Notes under the pieces: model-generated
Databases searched by the model: none
Told to the model about the DNA's origin: nothing
Seen by the model: the letters and a program-made list of their open reading frames with translations, nothing else
Program-made: the position numbers and the translations under genes
Assembly: GCA_951406725.2 (NCBI GenBank)
Contig: OX597815.1
Location: 138,570,001-138,634,000 of the forward strand
Source: Octopus vulgaris
Taxonomy: Eukaryota
Direction: 5' to 3'
DNA: 64,000 nt
Shown: piece by piece, positions 23,760 through 37,442 of the stretch
How positions within the stretch are numbered: position 1 is the first letter of the stretch
Layout: every line of letters starts with the position of its first letter

Positions 23760-25065
23760 AGGTAAAACAGGGTATTATTCATTATAGATACTAGCTAAAT
23801 AAGTAAATAAACAATTTTTAGTTTTAAATATTTTAATTATTATACATTTTCTATATATCTTCTTTATTGATGTTACTAAGTTGTATATATACTTTATCCT
23901 GATTTTTAGTGATTAGGCAATTTTATACCCTTTTCTATGGTGTTCTACCCTACCTGATCGTTTTAATTATTTTTAATACATTGTAATTGCTTTTAGATAA
24001 ACCCAAATTTTTGTACACATATAAATTCACAGTTAGCTTATATAAAACAATAGGGGTATATTCTAAACTTAAAATTAAACTGCTTAAATTATAATTTAAT
24101 TAATTTATAGTTAATTTGTTCTTTCATCTCAATGCTAAATCTTCTTGATAACCCGAAATTTTAACTTTATACAATATGGCTATATTGTTTGAAATAGTTT
24201 TAGCAATTAATTTTTATCCCTTTCTTAAAGGATTCCATCCTCCTGATCTTAGTATTTATATTGGCTTTTATATAAAGCAGCCCTTCTAATTAAGTACCCC
24301 TAAGAAACTGCAATATCATGTACGAATCAACACTAATAACTTTTAAAACTTATACTATACTATATTATACCTCTTCATTAAAAATTAGTATATAATTAGC
24401 AAGTTCTTTTAAATAACAATATTCTTTTAACAAATACCGGGTATCAGTCTTGATTGTATTAAGCTAAATAAGTTAATAAACAACTTTTAGTTCACAATAC
24501 TTAAATTATTATAAATTTTATATAAATCTTCTCTATTGAAGTTAAATAGGTATATATACTTTGTAATGGTTTTAGTGATTAGGCTGTCTTTATACATTTT
24601 CTATGCTGCACTAACCTACCTGATCATTTTATTATTTTATAATAGCCTTTAATAAATCTAATCTTCGTACCGCTATTAATGCATACTTAGCTTTTAAAAA
24701 ACGATACCGGTATCTCCATAACTTAAGTTAATATTTAGATAAATAATAAGTATAAATATTAAACTATTTCTATGTAATTTTCTTTTCTCTCTCTCTATTG
24801 TGGTAAAATTTAGTATATAATCAAAAGTATTCATAGAAGTTTTACCCTTTTGTTATAATATCATTCTTAATAATCTTCTTGACTACCCTAAATTTTAACT
24901 TTATGCAATATGGCAATATTGTTTGAAATATGTTAAAGTGCTCTACTCTCCTGATCTTAGTATTTATAAGAGCCTTTATATAAGTAGGCCTTCTAATTAA
25001 ATGCCCCCTAAGAAACTAAAAATATCATGTATGGAGTTACTATAATAACTTCTAAAACCTATAAT
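23760..25065 (+). repeat. Diverged tandem duplication (~670-700 bp period) in the PLE 3' region
   Basis: Paired blocks: agctaaataag..ttagtgattaggc at ~23793/24462, and cctgatcttagtatttata..cccctaagaaact at ~24242/24950. Confidence 0.8.
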
Positions 25066-28000
25066 ATAATTTTCCTTTCACTTATTCCTCCATCAGAAAC
25101 GCCACAAGGAATCGAACGAACAGCAAGAGATCCACGATCTGATAAGATCTACATGATAACTCTTAATTCATAAACATTTTCAACAACTGAAATTCCAAGT
25201 AAGCGATTGAACCTTTGTGGTAGTTCGTTTTACTAGAAAGATTAGCTTAGTCTCTTTCAAATAACACGCTACTATTTGAAAATTCAGGATAGTTTTAAGA
25301 GGGAATACTCTAAATGCAGTCGTAAATGGTGTAAATGTTAAGACACAGAAGATACTTCTAATGTGTGAGTGTCTGAAAAAATAACTATTCGTATTAATAC
25401 TAGTTAGTGACAACTAGAAGTAAAACTCAAAATAATCTTAACAGTTTACGAAGAAGCCAGACAATTTTAGTGTTACTCGAATGTAATTTGATATTGCAAA
25501 GCGTAGGAGATAAGTAAGAAATATTCACATGAAATATCGTAATTTATTTTGATCAAGCCAACAAGCCTGATTCAGCCAAATATTTCATAAAATCATATGA
25601 CAGTATTAAGAAAATGAAGGAAGATTCGGACAGCGTAGTCGATGCTAAATAGTACATGACAGAAAGATAGGAGGGTCACAACTGGAATGCATTTCACCAC
25701 ACAACTACTTAGTCAGACGATGCAACATTATATAGTGTCCTTGAATCTGTAATGCCATGTGATTCTGCATGAATCTACGATATATAAAATTTTAAAAAAG
25801 ATTTGCCAGGAAGTAAATAATGCTTAAAACACAAGATAAATTCCAAAAGTAAATTAAAGATGTTTTATTCATAAGCATGATAGGAATCTCCTCTTGAAAT
25901 TCATTGTTTTAAACATGTGTATTTTAAGGCAGTAAGAACGTAATCGAATTTTCCAGAGTTATAAAGTAATATGATAGTGGAAGAAATTATAACTTCCAAG
26001 ATATTCCGTGATAGGTAGCTGCTTAAGACGTGAGTCGCTGGTGGTTTGCAGAACTGTCTAATGGATGAAGAAAGTGAATTATCGACTGTTAACCGAATTT
26101 CAATTAGTTTTTTCCTGCTTTAGTGTCCGACACCTTAAAGATCCAATTTCTCTCAACAATTCTATGGAAATAAAACTATGCATCTTGAACTGCACTAAAA
26201 GCTGCTACTTATTCCCTTTTAGATGGTTTGGAAAGCCACCGTATATATATTTTACCATGATATTTTTTGTACACACACACACGCACACCCACATACACAC
26301 GTGCACGCACGCACGCACACGCACACAGTTGAATATATATACGTATACGTGTACACATATGTATATGTATGTATCCATTTCTCCCTTATCTTTTATCTCT
26401 ATGTATATATATATATATATATATATATTTGCATACATAATACATACAGGCATAATACATATATGTATAAATATACACACACATATATATGTACGTACAT
26501 GTACATACACAGTCACACATATACAGAGTTATATATATGTATATGTATATATGCGCTCCAATTTCCTTTCCTGTAGCAAGAACTATTATCCAATGCTTCA
26601 AAAGAAATAATGAAATTAGATTTGATGTCTTGTAGAAAAATTTATTAAAGTACTTCATGAAGTATGGAAGCGTACATCACATGACGTCGTTACAGAAGAC
26701 GAAAAGAATCAAATTATTTCGATCTAATGTATATATTTTATCTATGATGTTAGCGACGTCAATTATAGAAGCGTTGCTACTGATTTAGAAACTTCTAGCC
26801 ATATTAAAACGAAATAGATAACGTCTTTTGGAACTTTTCCAACCCACAACTATATTCGCAAATCAAAGTGAAAAGCTATTACTTTTCATAATTATATTTT
26901 GCATTTCTAAAACTAAACATATATATTTGTCATATATTTTCAATCTGGAAATTGATCTGTAATTTTTAGTCTTGCTTCCTCATACTTTCAACAAATTGGT
27001 AATAATTCTCCTGCACTAGGTATTACATTAAAGCAAGATTTCCATTTTCTGATCGGCCATTTATTAAATTGTAAGAAAGCAGATTAAATACACGAAGAAA
27101 TTACTTTGAATGAGCGATTAGGCATATTCATTCTCATAAATCAGATATCACTGATTCAAATTTGAAGTACTTCTTATACCCTATATTATAAAGCTATTCA
27201 TATTTCTCTATTTATATTTTTTGGAGTTATTTATTATTTAAACACTGCGTACATAGCTCCACATCGGTTCATTGATGTAGTATGATCATTACACACTTCA
27301 AATAAGAAAGCAGAGCAACGAAACAAATCTAAGGGACTCATCTATAAATTAGTAATTAAAGACTGTCTTTCATTTTCAATCTACAGAAGCGATTTCCCTC
27401 AAAACTGTGGAAAGCCATTTATGCAACATCGTGATTGTTCTAAATATAAAGTAAATAGCAGCTTCATGGTGATTGAATATTCAAAAATTTGTTCAAAACA
27501 CAGTTATTATAACCTTGCCAAAAGCGTAATATGTAGTGAAACGTGAATTACACACTCACATATAGATACACATATACGCACACAATACACACACACACAC
27601 ACACGCGCACACACACACTCACGCAAACACACGCACATTAGCATATCAACACGCGGGAAAGGATGCAGTCTTTAGTAACAGCCACCTACCATATCCTTCA
27701 CTAGGAATATTTTACCAGTAGCCATCTGAAGCGGCTCATATAATATCTATCGGATTCCTTTAAACCAGTTAAGAACTCGAAAAATTTGCTATACTCTTCT
27801 TTCTTATATTTCTTGAAGTGCTAACATCAGCTTACATCTGCGACCGGGTCATTGATTCAATGCCATAGTAACTGTTGTAAATCAATAGTTGGTAATTGTC
27901 AAAAAAAAAAAAAATCTCTGAATGACTTTTTTCGCTCTTTTCTTTTGAAATTTCAGACATACTAGCCTACAGGAGGGTAGCTCTTTAAATAATATTAAAG

Positions 28001-28749
28001 AGATATTAAGTTGTAGTTACATTTATTGGAGGATCTTATCGTATTTATACCTATGATACTCTGCGCTCTGAGTTCAAATTCCGCTGTAGTTAACTTTGAT
28101 TCTCCTCTTTACAATATTTACAGGAAAAAGTACCACTCCTAGTGCCGCCACGAAACCTTGCGATATTCCTCCTGGCTACCTTTCATTTCATGACAGCAAC
28201 TCTAATCACATTGGCACCAAATTCAATCCACCATTGCATTGTCTTTAGATAACATAAGTGGCTTGGTGGGGAAGACTTACCTGCGGTTCATTCAATGAAA
28301 CCTTGCTTAAGCCTATGCAATCGAAAGGGACATTGCCGGTGTATGGTCTGAGAAGAAAGATTAACGTCTTTTATGCATACAACCCATAATTTGTTTGTAA
28401 GTTGAATAAAAATTTGTCAAGTGCGATAGAAGCAGAATCTGTTTATAATAGCTATCTCTGATTCAGATTGAAAGTAAATACGTCGTTGAAAGCCTCATTT
28501 AGTGCAGTATTCGTCTTCAGGAAGCATGAACAGAAATATATCAGGAGCAAAAGGAAAGTGCACGAAATATCAACAAACAATATTTGGGTTTGTACGATTT
28601 AGCAAACAAATAAAATTATTTAGAAGAGGGCCAGGGAAAATATATAATTAAATATAACGAATGACTGTATGTGAGCTATGAGATGTGTAAATCTGGTGTT
28701 TTATGATGTGTCACCTCGTAGGAAGATAAATGGTGATGTGGTAAAGTAC

Positions 28750-29459
28750 ATGGAACAATATCTGCATACCTTTTTCTTTCCAACACCATTCGCTTCACTG
28801 TCCTCCTCAGGTAAACTTTCTGTTCATAGCTTTTCAACCCCTCCCGATACAAACCAGGATCTTCCCATGTCCCCGAGTTCATTTTATATACATAGCACTA
28901 TTATCCTTCTGAGATCCAAACAACGTTCTACACTTCATTTGTACCACTAGAAATGCCATGTGAACAAGATCTCACTATTCATGCATATGAGTGTAATGTT
29001 TGCGAGGTCAAAGTCGAGTCGGTGTTGTTTGTGATAGAGAAAAGAAAAGAAGCCATAGTGTGAAACAGCATCACAGACTGAGAAGTGAGAAATATTTTGG
29101 GCAACTGAACAAAGGTGGCAATCGACATGTGTGTGATATTGCATTGGTAGATGTCTCATACAGGTTCGGTGCTATATTCCGCTAACCTGTGGTCGGTAAT
29201 ACCCGCCTGCAAGGGACCAATGATTTTAAAAACAGTACATGACATTTCTAGTGGTACAAATGAAGTGGTTTATGATAAGTATGGGACGTTGGTTGGCTCT
29301 CAGAAGGGTAATAGTGCTGTAGATGTAAGAGCATGTATTAAAACGAACTCGAGGGTGGATGATCATGTTTTGTGTCGGGAGAGGAACTGAATGATCACCT
29401 GAGGAGAATAAAGGAGCGACGCTAATGGTGCTGGAGGGAAATGTATGCAGATATTCCAT
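28750..29459. repeat. Diverged inverted repeat (~210-bp arms), MITE-like
   Basis: cacttcatttgtaccactagaaatg (28931) pairs with catttctagtggtacaaatgaagtg (29243); atatctgcatac pairs with gtatgcagatat. Confidence 0.7.
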
Positions 29460-29805
29460 ATTGCATTAGAGACAGAAATGTCAGACACACAAAAAAATCA
29501 TGCATTGGTTAGCAAGTAGTCGGTATGCTTAATTGGCAAGAAAAGAAAGTATCATTTCTCACTAGCGTTTACCTATTACGTTTCATTCTGCAAATGTTAT
29601 ATTAAAATGCAGACCAATGAATTTTGTTTGTATGAAAAGTTTACCTATTAATATATACGTTCATCTACACACACACACACTCAGACTTCAAACACGCACA
29701 CACATACATATATACTTCAAACTCACACACACGCACAAATACATACACTCGGCTAATATGAATGCAAGAAGCGATACCAATTAATTTCAGAGTAGCAACC
29801 TACAA

Positions 29806-29955
<150 letters not shown>

Positions 29956-30635
29956 TTTATGATATATGTATCAGTATGTGCGTTTATGTAACTGAAACTT
30001 TAGTGTACTAAACGCCGTATGTAATAAATTTTCAATTTCAGAAAATTTCCAGTTGAGTTGAAGATAGGAAGCAAAAACATATAATGTCAATTATCAACGA
30101 AACACAAGCAGGAGGCCTCATAACTCAAGATAGAAACAATTTATTTTTGTGTTAATTTACATGCTTTGGTAAGGTACATAATAACCTTTGTAGACGAGGT
30201 GAGGTGGGCTCAGGATATACCTTTTATAGTACGCTGAGTTCGTCAGTATAGTATAATGTACCGAAGCCGACATATCTCTAAATAGATCTTTAGAAACTAA
30301 ACCCGGGCAAATACGAATAACTCAGTCGCCATATGTAAAAATCATTATTTTCTACTTTATGTAATTGGCCCCTTTAAAATGTTTATCCATAACTCGATTT
30401 ATTTTTACTAATACACATGCAATTGGTAAAAAATTAGACATAAGATATTTTATATAAGTAAAACTTAACCTTTAATTTCTTGAAAACACATTTCCTCTTT
30501 TTTAGTAACTTCCAGATCAGAAGGAAATTTCAGTTTACTTAGAATTTATTACGAGCTGCATTTAATACATCAGTCTGTAAGTTAAATATATAGGTTTATA
30601 GAATTGACCCCGTTGAGTTTCTTCCAAATAAAAAT

Positions 30636-31180
30636 ATTCTTTTCTACTATAGGCACAAGGCCTGGAATTTGTGGGGAAGGGGATAGTCGATTACATCGAC
30701 CCCAGTGTTTCACTGGTACTTAATTTATCGACTCCGAAAGAATGAAAGACAAACATCGACTTCAGCGGAATTTCGATTCAGAACGTAGCGACGGGCGAAA
30801 TACCTATTTCTTTATTACCCACAAGGGGCTAAACACAGAGGGGACAAACAAGGACAGACATAGGTATTAAGTCGATTACATCGACCCCAGTGCGTAACTG
30901 GTACTTGATTTCCGTCCAGCGTGTTAACGATTCTTCTAGCTCGCTGCCTTCCCATATGGAAATATTCATATCTACTCTAGGCACAAAGCCCGAAATTTTG
31001 GAGGAGGGGCCAGTCTATTATATCAACCTCAGAACGCAATTGGTACTTAATTTATCGACCCCCAAAAGGATGAAAGGCAAAGTCGGCCTCGCGGAATTTG
31101 AACTTACAACGTAAAGACAGGCGAAATACAACAAAGCATTTCACCCGGCGTGCTAACCTTTCTGCCAGCTCGTCGCCTTC
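30636..31180 (-). mobile_element. Two tandem SINE family B copies
   Basis: Two bodies (~30636-30950 and ~30964-31180). Flank ttcc(c/a)ata..aaatatt occurs three times. Confidence 0.8.
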
Positions 31181-31315
31181 CCATAAAAAAATATTAAACG
31201 CAAAATGTCAAAATATCGACCATACAGCAGTATGTATATATATATACCACATGTGGATCGTTGGCGATATCTTTTCCCCTGTCTTCCTTTTCTCTTGGAC
31301 TTTCCTCCATCTCCT

Positions 31316-31351
31316 GTTTCTGACGAAGAGCTTTGCTCGAAACGTAAAAAC
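31316..31351 (+). ncRNA. Ultra-minimal hammerhead motif
   Basis: gttt-CTGACGA-a-GAGC ttt GCTC-GAAAC-GTA-aaaac. Stem III reduced to palindromic ACGT. Confidence 0.7.
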
Positions 31352-32249
31352 TCGTGTCCGTGTGTATCACGTCAGGCTGGAGATGGGAAAGATGACTTCC
31401 CCTTGCAAATACTTATAGAGCACAGAAAGTGTGTCAATAACCAGCTGGGGGAGATGTCTTCCCGGGGCTACGAGCTACGGTATTATCAACCCTTAAGTGT
31501 TAGCCACATTTAGGTGGCAAATATACTTCACTTTGATTTAATAGTTTGGAGAATTATAATGTGAATAATGATAGAATAAAATTTTGCAAAGACGAAGGTT
31601 TTTGATTCTATTTAGAACTTCTTTTCTATTTATTTAGATAAATAACAACGCAACACCGCTTTTTTATATAATTAAATTTACCATTTTCTCAAACAGATGT
31701 TCTTTTCTATTGATAAATAATGTTCGTTTACTGTTTGGAAAACTGAGTGTCTTTAATAAAATTAGATTTTCTAAATACGCCATGAGAATATTTCCACATC
31801 TAATGAAGAGCAAGTCACTCGAATGTTCTTTTTGCACCTGCGAGATTCTAGGATCAATTTTACTGCGCAGAATATTATATATATATTTGCTACCGTACTT
31901 TACGGTTGGCTAATATCTTGTGAAAGGCGGAACATAAACAGAGGCCCATCGAATGACACCTGGTTGCATATCTAACTGTGTGTAGTTGCTGCAATTGAAA
32001 CACGTGTAGGTCCCGTGAAGATGATGTAGATAACTGTTAAATAAAATTATAGATGTGAAAAATAAAAATCTTCGTCCTCCTTATCGTTATTATTACTATA
32101 TATATAAGTGAGGATACAGAATTAGCTTTCTGTTAAGTTCTAGTTAACGGCTAACCACAACGATCAGTATCTAACGTCTGTGACTACATTTAGTTGTTAG
32201 CCACTCCGTGAATTCTTCCGATTAGCAATTCCGTGTTCCCTTCGCTGGA

Positions 32250-33150
32250 CAGTAAAAATTGTATGGAGTGTTTATTAATATTAATAATAATAAAGAGTAT
32301 GTAAACTTGCACATCCACAAAAATTTATTTTATAGTTATATACATCATATCATAATGACCTACAGGTGTTTCTGTTCAGCTACTACTCCTTGTTGCAAAT
32401 GCAACCTTGCAATATTGTCGGTGCAGCTTCATCAGGGGCCGTCCATTTGGTCATCGTCGAAATGAAATGATTGAAATAAATTTTTGCAAGTTAGTGATCT
32501 GTGGGAGGTAGAGGTGTGTTCATATTTATTGGTATGTCCTGTTGACCTCAACTTCACCCTAGCTGCTGTCCGAAGTTACGGCTTGGTCTTAAGATAGGTT
32601 AAGGTTGATATTTTTGTGAGGCTCTTTGTTCGTATTAATGGTTGTGTGTGTCTTTTTGATTTCGAGTGCAGTGCTTGTAATAAAGGGCTCTTGTTCGTTT
32701 ATATTCATATTTTTGGTTGAGCCGCTCATTATTTGTGTTGTACATTGTGTAGAGTATTTGTTTTGCTTTTATTAATGATGATGGTTATTAGATATTTTTA
32801 TTTTGGGGTTATGCTGTTATATCAAGCCTAATTGTTGCTGGGGCGTTGGCCATCTAGAATTATCTTTATACCTCTTAAAGGTCCGACCGTACTTGTGCAA
32901 GGATCTAAGGGCTTGTTCGTGTCTTGTATTTATTAATATATGTTTTGATGTAAACATTTGGTAAAGCTTCTCTACGCATAGATCGCGTCTGTTTCCCCTT
33001 ACTCGATAACGCTTAGCAGTACTAATTAGTTCCCAGTCGATAGAATAGCTATTGTTTATGTTTTTAGCTGATCAAATTAGTTTACTTAGGCTAATATATA
33101 TTTTCCCTATATCTACAGGAATTTAAATGATTCGCTAGTCTGTTATAGAA
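32250..33150 (-). mobile_element. Penelope-like 3' fragment (GIY-YIG tail + pLTR with decayed hammerhead)
   Basis: Minus strand FYNRLANHLNS...SLSKLI...IDWELISTAK...DLC. Motif CTGATGA-AGCTGC..GTAGCT-gaaca-GAAAC-acct-GTA at 32357-32438(-). Confidence 0.65.
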
Positions 33151-33262
33151 AAAAAAAGAGATCTGGCTCCTATATAAGAGCATTCCCTTCCTTCCGCGGT
33201 AACGTGTATATATATACATATATACATACATGCATACATACATACATACATACATACATACA

Positions 33263-33296
<34 letters not shown>

Positions 33297-36187
33297 CATA
33301 CATACATACGTACATACATACATACATACATACGTACATACATACATCCATACATACATACGTATAGACACAACTTCTGAAACACTAACGAGTTCCATTT
33401 CCAAGGCTGGGATCTCCACTTACTCTGTCACCTATTGTCCTAATGTATTTAGCTTCAAAATATCGTAGATGATGAAACTACCATTAAGTGCAATATTTAC
33501 CGAAACCCCTGGATCGATCATCTTATCTCCTTATTGACTTCCACTAAATTTCGTAAACTCTTCTACCAAGAAAACTATTAACCACATCGATTCTACTGGT
33601 CTCTGTTAGCCTGCCAAATGCATAGACACAGCATCTTCCTCCAGAATAAAGCAATAATAAAATATATGTTCTACATGGAAGCGTGAGTACGCCAAACAAT
33701 CGTGAAAGACCAAAGTTAGTTAATATTGCAGTGTAACAGTAGAGAGTAGATGAACATATAACTATCAGATGAAACGAATGAAGTAGAGATTGTGACGACG
33801 ATTTTGTTTATAATACAATATAGATTAGAGAAAATAGTCTCGAGAAGAATTATGAGTACTAATGATGAATATCATACGAAGTGTAAGGATGTGTGTAAGG
33901 AGGTATAAAGAAAGAACGAACGATACGTAAGATGCTCATATCACACATACACATCGTGTAGAGAAAGTTCATAAAATATATTTCATACTAAATTTAGTGA
34001 AACAGATTTTGGCAATATGTTGCAGGTTAACATGCTTTTGTTCGACATCTTCCAGAATATTGGTGTACTCGAACGACTTATAGCAAATGATAGAAAGAAA
34101 TCGAATCAATGTCAGATACACGTTCATAAGGACATATAATATTCTGAAGATGTCAAAGCAAGCCGTTAAGTAAGAGCAGTGTAGTGCCTTAATCATATGA
34201 TTGATATCATTCTTTGACATAAATTGATTCTGTTTACCTAATATGGCATTGCCCAATAATCTAAGTTGATATATTTTCAGTTTGTTAACTCAAAAGAAAG
34301 TACATTCAAATAGATATTGAATCATAGGCTTTGTTATTAAATAATTTCTGTGTATATATACAGATTATACTGTTAGTAATTCTGAGTGCTTCTATTCGAG
34401 TGTCTACCATAACTAATATTCATGATGTAATCATTAATAAACTTTAGTAAGCTTACTGCTATTTATTATAGTGAAGTATTGAGAGACAAGTGTTGGATTC
34501 TATATTTTGAGGTTTTCTCTGTGTCGGACACACACTTACAGCAGTCACATTCATTTTATTATGGTTAATGTCAAAGCGGCTGGAATTTGTAAAGAGTCCA
34601 TTAATGTGCCTGAACTAATTTTGTTCTTTATACACAAATCTCAAAACTGAGAGAAGTAAATGCTTTTACTGATTCTTTTTCATATTTTCTCCATCAATAC
34701 AGATATTTGAAAATTATGTACAGCGTGATCTCCTAAATGGTTGTTGAATTGCTTTTATGAAATGCGGTTTACAGGAAACTTTATTATAGATTATTTCCCA
34801 GAGTATTCTCCATTGATTTGAGAATGTTTAGAATTCATGAAGTGACCAAAGATGAAGTTTCTATTATCATTTGAAGTTCTGGTTTTGTTATAATCAATAT
34901 TCTTAGTTTTCAAATAAATAACTAAATAAAAAAATGAATAGATTATTTGAGTTGAGAGTTACAAAGGAATATTAATAAGAAATATAAATATTGTTGGAAA
35001 TAATTCCATTACTCCATTAAGAATTAATTTGAATTTTAGAAATTTAGTAAGAATAATAGAGATAAATGATAAATTACAAAATTACAACATGATATAGGAG
35101 TCAGAGTTTAGGTTAAACAAAATATAATATTGTAATATAAAAGTCTGATTTACAATGTCTTAGACGAAGATAAAATAATCAGCTGATTGTTTAGGTATAG
35201 TTTACGAATTGGTAATTATGAGGAACAAGAGTAGTTAGGTGCGAAGCAGTTTGATTATTCACTCGTTTCATATTCAAAGAATAATCCCCTCCTCCACCAA
35301 AATATAGAAGGATACCGGTCCTAATAACAGTCATTTGAATGTGACACACAATAGCGGTGAAGTGCTGTAGAGTCCACATGAAAGAAAACGGATTAACGTT
35401 GTAGTAACATATTTGAAGAATGAGAGGCCTGTACCATTCCACTATTTTTCTGTCCGTTTCTTTTTACCAACTGTATCAATGCGCAATTCAGACTATCTTA
35501 TTCAATTACAGGGAGTTGCAGATAGATCAGTCATTAGAATTACTGCGGTGTCAGTCGATATTATTGTGACTCAAATCTCAATTTTGATTCTATTTTAATT
35601 TCTATAGCTCTTCTATGCAGAACAAATAGCATTTTAATGATTTCTAATCCAGTATCCAAACATCCAGCCATATTTCTGTAACGTTTACATCCTTCGTAAC
35701 TGAAAGCATGTAACACATTGCCTAAATCAAAATGCACATTGCCAATACCTAAGAGTTTGGTATCTTTAACTGGTATATAAACACACACACACCCACAACT
35801 AATTGTTGCGTATAGCTGTCCATCGAATTCGTGGCTGACCACATTTCTTTTAATAGTCCTATGATGACTATATTCAATTCCATCGTCTGCAACTCTAATA
35901 CCAGCTGCAGTAGGCATTACAAATACCGTCCACCGAACGCCTACCATGTGCTCACATGAACTAGGAAACTACTGAACTATCTATATTCACCGTTGCAGAC
36001 AAACATGATGTTTCACCTCTCTGGCAGCGATGACAACCATTCCTGAGATCAAAGACTAAATATTGATAACACAGAAGGTACAACAGCAGTGGAGATCAAT
36101 AGTACAGAGTTCCCTGTTTCAATGGCTTTGCTATGAAGAACATAGATTCAATTACAAGGGTGATGTAAAATGACTGGTGCATACTCC

Positions 36188-36216
36188 CAGCAGCAGCAGC
36201 AGCAGCAGCAGCAGCC

Positions 36217-36270
<54 letters not shown>
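36188..36270. repeat. (CAG)n microsatellite
   Basis: Directly visible. No supported coding context. Confidence 0.9.
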
Positions 36271-36272
<2 letters not shown>

Positions 36273-36413
36273 CTATCAGAAACTGCTTTGAAGCTGACCG
36301 ACAGTTTGGGTTTTTTCCAGACAGCAATCTCATAGGTTTTGTCTTCATGAATAAAGCACATCTAATGTGGATGGTGCAAAGGTTTGTTAGAAACTCAGCA
36401 GAAAAGGAAACTC

Positions 36414-36465
<52 letters not shown>

Positions 36466-36514
36466 AATACATACACACACACACTCATACACATATATAT
36501 ATATATATGTAAAT

Positions 36515-37421
<907 letters not shown>

Positions 37422-37442
37422 ATATACATATATATATACATA

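Noticed and set aside
35561-35947. 128-aa minus-strand ORF as a host gene
   Set aside because: No recognisable motif, includes a TG microsatellite, and has no splice support.
36170-36466. PolyQ ORF as a host exon
   Set aside because: A pure CAG microsatellite that runs into a CA/TA repeat, with no supporting splice or domain context.
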